A stretch of DNA of 64,000 bases from the NCBI GenBank assembly GCA_021613535.1, contig CP075496.1:11408001-11472000 (forward strand). Reading direction: 5' to 3'. This DNA is from Adineta vaga (Eukaryota; Animalia; Rotifera). Numbering within the stretch: the first letter of the stretch is position 1; every line of letters starts with the position of its first letter. The notes beneath the pieces were generated by a model. That model was given only the letters and a program-made list of their open reading frames with translations, was not told the DNA's origin and made no database searches. The position numbers were made by a program, and so were the translations under genes. Shown one piece after another: positions 1 to 10,433 of this stretch.

Positions 1-137
1 GATTAGAAATCTGAAAAATGATCAAAATGATATAATTCAAACTAAAAGATATTTATTTTGCTGAAATAAAATAATGGAAATATAAACTGTTAAAGGAAAA
101 GTTTCATATAAGAAGAAGAATGTTTATATTTGTATAA

Positions 138-1113
138 TCATTTTGCCAAATCACCTTTCTTGATTGCATCAAGTACATTATTTGAAAGTGAACATGTTAA
201 ACCTGTTCCATCTGGTTCAACAAAGACTTTCTTTACTTTATTATCTTCAATAACCATAGCATATCTAACAGTAAAAACAAATGAAAGTTGTGTGAAGAAT
301 GTGTATAGTAAGAATTACATACCGAGATGATCGAACATTACCCAAGACAGCTGTCATATCTTTTTCGAGACCAAGAGCCTAAAATAATCCATTGTTTTCC
401 ATTTCTTTCAATTTCTCTCTATACCTTGGTAAATTTTGCATCAGGATCTGCTAAAACTCGTACCTAACATAAATTAACATTTTTATCTTCATTGATGAAT
501 TGAAATACAATCATTTCGATTGTCTTACTTTTCCTTGTGCATTATGCTCTTTAGCCCATGCTTGACAAACGAATGGATCATTAACTGTAACACAAACAAT
601 CGTATCATAACCAAGCTTTTTGAAATCATTTACTGAATTAACATAACCAGGTAAATGTGTCTAAAATATCGATATGAATTCTACATGAATATTAAAGTCT
701 CATAACATACTTTTGAGCAACCAGGAGTGACTATTTTTGTGACAAAAAAACAGAATTACTTTTAAAAATAAACTCTAATAACCAACTTACATGCACCAGG
801 TACACCAAAGAGAACTAAAAAACATCGAAAAAAGAAATTTAACAAATAAAATTCGTACTTTACTTACGTCCTTTCTTTCCAGCAAACAGATCTTTTGTAT
901 TCACCTTGTTTTTTGGTTCATTTTCAAATAATGTATGATTTGGTAATGTAGCTCCTTCCTAATATAGACAGAGAATTATTTTCATACGAAAACAAATAAA
1001 CTAGAACATTCATTTACTTTAATAACACCGCTACCAAATAAAAATAATGGTTTCGATGTATGAAAACTTCGAACAGCTGTTGATAATTGAATAGTTTTAC
1101 TAAGTTGAAACAT
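138..1113 (-). CDS. PRDX5: Peroxiredoxin-5 (atypical 2-Cys peroxiredoxin), multi-exon
   Basis: Spliced translation gives MFQLSKTINYQTAVRSFHTSKP (mitochondrial presequence-like), [25 protein letters not shown] (peroxidatic Cys), VNDPFV and RYAMVIEDNKVKKVFVEPDGTGLTCSLS (resolving Cys). ATG at 1113, TGA at 138-140, GT-AG introns in phase. Confidence 0.95.
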
Positions 1114-1512
1114 ATTCGAATTTTTTCAGTTTATATGTTAACGATATGAAAACAAAAGAAAATTAGAAGAACGTAATGCAGTATCCATTATATATACATA
1201 TGCTTTCATTCCATTGGTTCATTTATGAACGAATTATCGACTGTATTCATTCTTTTGTTTCGCTTTGAGAATGAGAAGAAACAAAAAAAAGTTGCGACTT
1301 GTGGTTTCTTGAATATTAACAAGAATGTGGACTAATTTGAATTTAATTTCCATATTCAGTGAATTTTGTCTTTATTTAATTGTTGATAATATAACAAAAT
1401 TTATCATTCTTCATAATCGGTATGTAATTACACTTGTTATTTGATTTGAAAACAAAAAAAAACTTTAATTTTTAGAAAAGAAAAACGTTTCAACATATTA
1501 ACCTATGAATGT

Positions 1513-3992
1513 ATGACATTGGGTTTTTTCATTGGATTCTTTTCATTGTATTATCATATACCATATGTATTGATGTTCTTCTTGGCAATTCATATTATTG
1601 GAGTACTTTATTCAGAAAATGGGTTGAGAAGAATTAAAGATTTAGTATTAATATTGCTTGACATCTTTCAAACAATCATTAAAAGTTTGCTGAATGGAAT
1701 TTTCAGTATTTACTTTCGAGGAACTTCTTCGAAAATATCAGGAATAAAACCTATTCCTAAAGAATATTTATACAATTTTCATTTGAAACCAACCAATGAT
1801 CTTCGACTTCAGCAAGTATGAATTGACTTTTTGAGTTTAGTTAGTAAATAGCATGATCGATTGTTCGATTCTTTTTTTCTGTAATTGATAGTCATCATTT
1901 ATTCAAACATTACCAAGGCCCGGTATTTTCAATCTTCATGGTACAACTTGTTCGTTAAATGCTTTACTACAAAGTTTAGCATCATTGAATGGTTTTTATT
2001 CATTACTACAACGGAATATCAATGTAAGAAATGAAAACTAGGTTTTTCTATTTATACGATCGTTTAAATCATACGAAATAATATTAATGAGTAATTTAAA
2101 AATAGGGTTTTTGTACTTATTTAATCTAATTGAGATCTCATAATATTTAAGATAATTTTTCATTCATTTAGTTATCACGTAACACCTATGATTCCATTGT
2201 ACCTACATTTCTTAATCTTATGTCACAATTACGAAATGATCATCGTACATCAGAGTACAAACATTGGAATAATCTTGTTGATACATCAGATTTTATTTCA
2301 AAATTACATTTAACTCATCCAAATTTACTGACACAAGATATTACTACAGATATATGTGAATTATTTCAATGTATAATTGATACACTTAATAATGCACTGG
2401 CAAAACAATCTTCTGGTTATTCTACAAAGTAAATTCTTTTCTGCAAGTTCTATTAAATTTCATTCATATTTTATAAATTAGTGTTATTGATCAAGTGCAA
2501 AATCCTAAACTTACGACATTTCCACCTGATTATTTGAATAAATTATTTGCCGAAACTGAAATACAAGTAGAAAGAAATCAGTATTCTTTGAAATAATCAA
2601 ACAATTCTTTATATTTTAGCTTCATGACACGATAACATTAGATAATCTTGATACACAAACATCATGTATACTTCAATATGTTGATTTAACTTGGTTATTA
2701 CATCATATTCAATTGGGATCATTGATGAAACATACGTTTTCGGGTCAAATACTTCATGCACACTGTTGTAACAAGTAGGTTGAATGTGATTCTTTCTATT
2801 TCTTACAAACAATTTCAATGATTTCAGTTGTTCTCATGTTCGATTTCGTGCTGAACCATTTCAAATACTACCATTATCAATTCCCAAGACAAAAACTACT
2901 TTAGAACGAATTATTTCACAATTAACAAATATTGAATTAGTATATGATTCCAATTAAATTTTTTCATTAAACTAAAATTTTCTTTTCTTATTGTAGATGG
3001 ATACAATGTCATGTTCACATTGTTCTAGTCAAACAATAAATAATCTAAACAAAGGAAATAAACACAATACTCTCTTAAGTCACATAACGTATGTATGAAG
3101 AAAAAAGAAAAGAAAATTATATATTTTCGTAAACAAAAACTAATATAATATTATGTCATTAAAATCTATTATTAGCTTGACATGAGAAATAACTTATTTT
3201 AATAATCATCAATTAATGTAGACAAATAGAAATCTTGTTGACAGACCATGGAAATATCGGAATTTGAACATCTGCTATTTCCTCTTCATCTAATATCATG
3301 CCTTCATTTATTAAAACAAATCTAATTGCAATAATTTCATTAGAATTTGATAACAATTTCTCATTTATCTCTTTTGCGATTTAGAACTCCTCTATCACCT
3401 ATTATTACTTCACGTCGACAATATTCTGATAAATACTTTTCTTCTACACCGATATCTGGTAAGTTCGAGTTTCATATTTACAAATATTTCCATAGAATAA
3501 ACTATTTTAGCTTCAACAAATCATATCATTCCAGTACCACGCAATCAAATTCAACATCGAATAAAAAGTCAAACAATGATTGCCAATTTTCCTGATATTC
3601 TATGTATTCAATTGAAACGTTTTTCATACGATCGTCTTTCAAATACAGCAACGAAATTAATGACATCAATTTCAATTGAACCAGAAAAACTTCTCGATCT
3701 TTCACATCTTCATTATACAACATGGCTTGGTTTAACAAATCTTTCCATTCGATATCATTATCGTTTAATTGCTGTTTGTTTACATTTATCGGAGAATTCT
3801 TCATCATCATCATCGAAAAATCTTACACCAATCCTTCAAGGACATTGTGTTTGTCTATATCGTACAGATCATAATCGATGGTTTCTCTGTGATGATGACC
3901 GTATAACTGAAATCAATCAAATCAATCATTTATTTCAAACATCCTATGTAACCGAGAATTGTTATCTTTTATTTTATGAAAAATGTTCATAA
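1513..3992 (+). CDS. Ubiquitin-specific protease (peptidase C19) with N-terminal hydrophobic segments; the true start may be 1325
   Basis: Cys box GIFNLHGTTCSLNALLQSL (~1920-1980), Zn-ribbon CNxC and CSHC, LCIQLKRF, His box GHCVCL..WFLCDD and terminal CYLLFYEK. The N-terminus TLGFFIGFFSLYYHIPYVLMFFLAIHIIGVLY is hydrophobic. Confidence 0.85.
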
Positions 3993-4168
3993 TTATTTGA
4001 GTATTGATTTTGTTTTTTTGTTTTGTTTGTATATATGTACAAAGATATTGTTTTTCCTATTTGGATTCAATCAATAAAATTGTTTCCCTTTCTGTATTTG
4101 ATTGAATGTAAAGAAGAAGAAGAAGAAGAAAAAAAACCTTGTGAAGCTTCTATTTTTAGACGTTAAAA

Positions 4169-5054
4169 ATGACAACGATATGTATTATTTGTTTTAATAA
4201 TCACGCGGAAGATGATTGTCCTGATTTTGTATCATCATCAAAAATGAATGGCATTGAAAAAAAACCATCATCAACATTGACTCGTAATCTATCAAAGTAT
4301 GAACTTTCTGTAGAAATATTTTTTGTCATCTATCAAATTGTATATAGTCTATCGTTATCACATGACTGATTTTTATCAATGACTCATCATTTTTTACATG
4401 AAATTTATCCTAAACTTTTCCCATAGAGTTCTACTTTCATTACCCACTCAAATTCAAATGCATCGTTGTGATGATACAATTACATTTTCACCAACAATTC
4501 GTATTTTAAAAACGACTATCATTGGTCCATTTGAAGGTCGTTTTATTCCAGAAGATAAATTAACTACATCACCACGTAATGGATTTCTTGTTAAGGTATT
4601 TGAATAAAACAATCTTCAATAAAAATAGTTAAACTTCGTTATCTAAATAGATCTTTCGTGAAAATGGTAATAATCTTGTCCTTGATGCACAAGATGAACG
4701 AAAAAATAATTGGTGTTGTTTAATTCCACCTGCGAGAACATCACAAGAAATAAATTGTCTCTTATTTCAACGTAAATGTAAACTTTATGCTAAAGTTGTT
4801 CGAACTATTCTCGCAACAGAATCCTTGAGCATGTAAGTAGAATTCTTAAAATTGAATTCATTTCATTTCTTTAAATTTTTAGATGGTATGCAAGTAATTA
4901 TGCAAAAGCAATAGGAATGCCAGAAACACCCGATGGTAGTCCATTAGGTTCGTTCAGGATTCTTTGTTTTTATATTAATAATACAAAAGAAGACGAAAAT
5001 TTTTCCTTTGTTTTAGCTCTCTATGGTAAAACAGGTCGAATGATATTTCGATAA
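4169..5054 (+). CDS. PRDM-like protein: zinc knuckle + PR/SET domain, no C2H2 fingers (193 aa)
   Basis: Exons 4169-4296, 4427-4595, 4651-4832, 4883-4947 and 5017-5054 join in frame (582 nt). Motifs CIICFNNHAEDDCPD, LLSLP, IGPFEG, DAQDERKNNW..IPPART..EIN and IWYASNYA match the PRDM pattern. Confidence 0.8.
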
Positions 5055-5150
5055 TCTCATTCGTGTTTTCTTGTGTGTCATTGTTATTGTTATTTGAATG
5101 AATCAATGTTAATATAAAAAGATAAAAACTTAAGGAGATATTTTGTATGA

Positions 5151-6137
5151 TCAAATCATTTGTAAATGTTTTTTTCGTCGTTCATTAAAATTATCTTCAA
5201 GTCGTTCCCAATAGGCACTTTCGACTGTACGTGTTGGATTTCGATAACGCTAGAAAATACGAAACAAATTCATACAATGAAAACATAGTTGAATAGGATA
5301 TTTTCTTACGCTATAAGCAGCATATTTATTCGGATAGACAACTTTTGGTAATACTAATCGTGATTCCCATGTTGGTTTTGCTTTTAATACTCGATACATT
5401 TCAGAGTAAGGATTTTTGACTTCAGGTATACGTTCATTATCACGTTCTTGAAGCCATACTTGAATATAGTTGAAATAAAATCAAATGATAATTAAAAATA
5501 AATTCGATGCAGACTTACAAGTATTTAAATGTGCAGTTAGAAATCGAATATTACCAGGATCATGATCAAATTTTGTTTCGAAATCTGGTTTATCTAAATC
5601 TCGAACATCTGGATACTAAGTTTATAATAAATAGATGAAGAAAAAATGTAAAATTTCAAAAGGAAAAATTACTTGTCGAAAATCATGTGGTGCAGGATTT
5701 TTATAAGGTTCAGTATTTAACATTCGTTTGACTCTATCATAGTTAATTCGTGGATCGCGTATGAATTCATTCTCATCGGTTTTAGAATGTTGAGTTCGAT
5801 ATTGAACTTCGAAAGGTTTCATCACATTTGAATTCGAATGTTCGGCGTGCCTTGATCGTTTTATTCTTGGTGATATATCTTCGAATGATGGTGCTCGAAT
5901 CATTTTCTTTCGATTTGGATGAAAATTGACCATTGAAAAATCGATTGGACGTGGATACCATGGATCAACTGTTGGAGATGCATTAAGATTTGATGGTAAC
6001 GAATCTCTTAAACGTTCACGTTCACGTTTGGCTTCGAATTGTTGACGATCATTGAATAAAAATGTTGTTTGAGTAGGTGACATGTTTGCATCCATTTTAC
6101 AAATTTCTCTCTCTCGCTTGTTTTTTCTTCTTGACAT
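5151..6137 (-). CDS. C7orf78-like uncharacterised protein (alternative start 6095)
   Basis: Spliced product contains DPWYPRPIDFS, YKNPAPHDFRQYP, DFETKFDHDPGNIRF, PTWESRLVLPK..YPNK.AAYSRYR and SAYWERLE. I recall these resembling C7orf78-family motifs; not checked against a database. TGA at 5151-5153. Confidence 0.6.
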
Positions 6138-6800
6138 CTTGCTTAGAATGTTTAATGGATTGAAAAGAGAAATGTGAAAAAGAAGAACAAATGAGAAAAT
6201 AAAGTGTCACGATCAGCAATGAAAACAGCAACATTGTTACCATTTTTTCTTATTTTTCTTTTGTTGTTAACGTTCAAAAAAATGTCGATAAAGAATTGAA
6301 AAAAAAACTTCTTTTTTTACTTCGTCAATGAAGACGACTGAAAAAGATCAATGATCTGATGTCTCTAATTAGAATACAAGAATCGTAATCATCCAAATAA
6401 TTTCATTTACACATCATATTTAATTAAAATATTAAAATATCTTTGAATATATATTCATAGTTATGAAATCTTTTATATCATTCAAATTAAACTTTATCAC
6501 TATTGTACGTATATGAATTTTCTTCTTGATTGAATTAACAGCTTTTTCTTTTGTTGTTTGTGATGCATTTGTCGTTAGAAAACGAATGGTTTTGTTTTCT
6601 ATGTATGTATATATATGTATATATGATAAACGACAACGAGAGTTAGAGATAGAGAAAACAAACGAGCAAAAAAAGGAGTACAAGAGAAAAAAATGAAGAA
6701 AAGGCCATCATCCGGGCACGGAGCGCATAGACAGAAAAAATAAGACTTTCTTTTAAATGTGTGTATATATGTGTTATATGCATGTGATAAACTGTTTTAT

Positions 6801-9782
6801 TTAAGAACGATTTCCATTATCGACACCTGATGTTGTTGAATATGGTGAATAAATTCCATTAGGAATCAGATGTGATTGTGATTGTGTCGATTGCTGTTGT
6901 TGAGACCAACGAGATGTTGGTATGAGATTAGTTCCTGAGGACATTGTGGAAGATCCTTGTGATTGCGTAGTTGTGGACCATTGTGATGAGGATAATGGTG
7001 TTGGATCGAGTTTATTTCCGAAGGATATTATCGCTGGATCTGTCCATGGTAAATTTGGCCATCGATCATTTGACACTGAACAAGATGAATATCAGAAATA
7101 AACTAGACAAAAGAAATTATATTCGAATCTTACTTGTATTGGCAGTTACTGTACTATTAGAAGAGTATGCATTGTTGCTATTATTATTATTTGTATTATT
7201 GATAGACTGAGAATATTGTGATGATGGTGACGATTGTCTCGGTGGAAGTCGTTGTTGAATTTGATTTGAAAAATCTAAACGTGTTGGTATTTGTGATGCA
7301 TATTGTGATTGTTGTTGATTGCCATTCCACATCTGTCTCGGTGATGTGCCATCTAATTTAAATGAAGAAAATTATCGATCAAAATTTTAAAAAATTTATC
7401 ATCTCATTTACTAAATGGTATTTGATATCGTTGCTGCTGCTGTTGCTGTTGTTGTTGTTTTTGTGGCGTCGTACCATTACTATGAATCGCTGGTTGTGAT
7501 TGTTGGTGATCATGATAATGTTGATAGTGCTGCTGTTGTAATAACCAATTTGGATTGATTTGTCCAACAGATGAATTCGTTGTAGTTGGATATTGTGTAG
7601 GATAAGTATGAGAATTCGTTGTTGGACGATATGATAATGATGATGGTAAAGGTCGTCGTTCATCTTCAATATCAGATGCAAGTGCAGACATAAATAAACT
7701 ACATGGATCAAAACCTGCAGAAAAGAAAAGACTCAACTTCTAGGTTTTCAAACGAAGAAAATAAAGATTATAGGTTACCAAGTTCATCATTTTCTTGTGT
7801 CTGAGAATAAGATGTTTCACCATTACTTAGAACATTTTCTAAAAAAAAAGAAGTAATTACAATATAGATTTTCTTATCTTCTATTTTCATACCCATTAAT
7901 CGTTTTTCAATTTCTCTCACATCATGATCAATGCCATTAATTAATGGTCGATGAGACTGTTGACCATTTTCATTATTACAAAAAATAAGATTATGTAAAG
8001 GTGGATTATTTGAACTAAATAATTTATATTCAGGTATTTGATCAAAATTTTTCACTGTATTATTATTATTATTAGTTGATTCTGTTAATAAATTATTAGT
8101 AGTAGGTTTTGGTGAACATAATATAGCTGTAACAGGTACATTTATAGATGTTGATGTCTGAGATAAAGATTTATTTGTTGACGACGATGGTAGTGGTGGT
8201 AGTGGTATTAATTGAGATGATGCGAGATTATTATTATTAGTTGCAAAAAAAGATGTTCGTTCTTCTGACCAATTTGTAGTTGGAGATATATTATTGTATG
8301 TCTGAGTTTGAATAGTTGATGGTGTTATTTGTGGATCATGTTCAGATGATGTTTGAGATGATGTCGAAGTCGTATCAGAATCAACATTTATAGCAGTTGT
8401 ACTGGTAAATGTTTCCGTCGTATATCCATTTAATGAATGATGATGTATTTCATCACCTGATTCAAAATCTGAATGTCCATTAGTTGTTATTGCAGAATCA
8501 GTAGTTGTTAACAAAGATGTGGCTTGATTAGGATGTTTTCGTCGTTGTGGTGAGTCATTTTTATTACTAATTAAAATGACAGAAAGAGAGTTATCAATTT
8601 TTCGATTCATTCAAATAATATATATATATATATACCCATTTAGAATAGTTCGTGTCGTTTTTGGTGTAGTATTCGACTGTCCAGATGCAGTTTTATTTGT
8701 ATACTGTTCCATAAGTTTTCGTTCATATTCAAGATGAAGACTATAACGATAGAAACAACAATATTTTTATTCTATATTCCTAATCATAACAGAATTATTT
8801 TACCCTTGTTGCATTTGTTCTTTTGTAAAACTTGCTAATTGATCTCCTGGTTCATGTAAATAGAGACAATCAGCTTTTTGACATGATGCACCTTTCAAAT
8901 ATCGGCTACAATATTTAGTTGTACCCAATGTTGCTTTTAATGTTCGACCATCAACATGATAATTACAAAGCGCCTGGATAGCGCGTAATGCTTCTTCTGA
9001 TCGTGAATAGGTGATATAGACACATATAGAATTCATTTGACCATTATGTGCTGGTGATGTAACTAATTTAACTATTTTACCATATTTACCAAAATAATCA
9101 TTTCGTCTTAATAATTCTGTATCAGCTAAACGTGAAGGAAGACCATTGACAAATACCAGATTACGTTGAACGACTCTGAATAGGAAATACATAGTTTTGA
9201 TCAATCTTGTGTAGAATAGTTTTTTTTTATACCGAAGATTTGCCAAATGTTTTCGACTCTCAGTGATTTTTGGCTTTTTATTGGATTCTTTTAATTTTCT
9301 ATCACGTTTTACTTGTTGAATTCTAAGAATAATCGAAAGTAAAAGAATACAAAGAATATCAATTCATTTTTTATAATCACTCTTCATCAGTTAATGGTTT
9401 AAATTGTGCCGGATTCTCACTATATGGCTATAGAAATAATAAGAAGAAATATTCTATTAAACTTCATTTATTTCAACAAAATTCTTACTTTTCGACAAGC
9501 AGGACATAATCCGTTTTCATCTGTTCGAATACGATGCCAACAAAACCGACAAATCTAATATTGCAAAAAAGAAAAAAAAACGGATTTCTCCTTCGATATT
9601 TATTAATGAAACGAGAAAATAATTTATCACCTGATAACAACATGTACATGGAAAAAAATTTAAATCATCAGCTTCAAGTACTTCCAAACATAATGGACAC
9701 TAGAGACAAAAAATAAATATCAATAAATCATTTATAATTTAGTTTTCACACATACTTCGGATGACTCTTGGTCACTGTCCAT
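6801..9782 (-). CDS. CNOT4: CCR4-NOT subunit 4, E3 ubiquitin ligase (C4C4 RING, RRM, C3H1 finger, low-complexity tail)
   Basis: ECPLCLEVLEADDLNFFPCTCCYQICRFCWHRIRTDENGLCPACRK, RVVQRNLVFV, YFGKYGKI, LGTTKYCSRYL..CLYLHE, and C-terminal GFDP and WTDPAII motifs. Confidence 0.95.
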
Positions 9783-9928
9783 ATTTATTGATTAAAATAT
9801 TTTCGAAAAATTAGACGTGTATTTAAGTAGTTCAGAAAATCTACAAAGATATCTATTTGAGTTTTTTGTCAAATAGAATTATTGTAAATGATCATGCAAT
9901 TGCGCTGCTGTGTTACTCTTTCTCAACG

Positions 9929-9961
9929 CACACACACACACACACACATACACATACACAC
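9929..9961. repeat. (CA)n microsatellite between CNOT4 and the kinesin
   Basis: cacacacaca...catacacatacac seen directly. Confidence 0.85.
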
Positions 9962-10433
9962 TAGCAAAAAAAGAAATGTAATAGAAGAAAAGAAAGAAAA
10001 AAAAAGATTAAATAATTCTTTTCCTTCTCCTCCCGTCGAGAGCTGCATCATTTTCTTTGTAGAAGTTTTTATTGGCTAGATAGATTAACTTATACGATTT
10101 TATAGCGTGAAACTTCTCGAAAAACATATAAAATATTTTCACTATTTTTAATTCTATCAAATGAAAGAAACGAATAATTTTTCTATATTTTCATCTAGAA
10201 GTGTTTTTTCCAGCGACATCTATTGAAAATATTTTGTATGCTATGAAATGTTTATATTAACATTTTTAAATCTATTAATAATTATAATTATTAGATTCAA
10301 ATTATGAATAAATACATTTTTTTTGAATGACATCGAGTGACAACAACGCGCGAGCGAGATCCTTTGTCCTAAATGAGTTCTTTATCTCTTGTCATTTCGT
10401 TTTCTTTTGCCGCCAACGTGCGCATGAATATTA

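Noticed and set aside
3526-3813. Antisense and alternate-frame ORFs over real exons (also 12966-13253, 42070-42294, 44545-44856)
   Set aside because: They are shadows of biased codon usage and repeats in the true coding frame.
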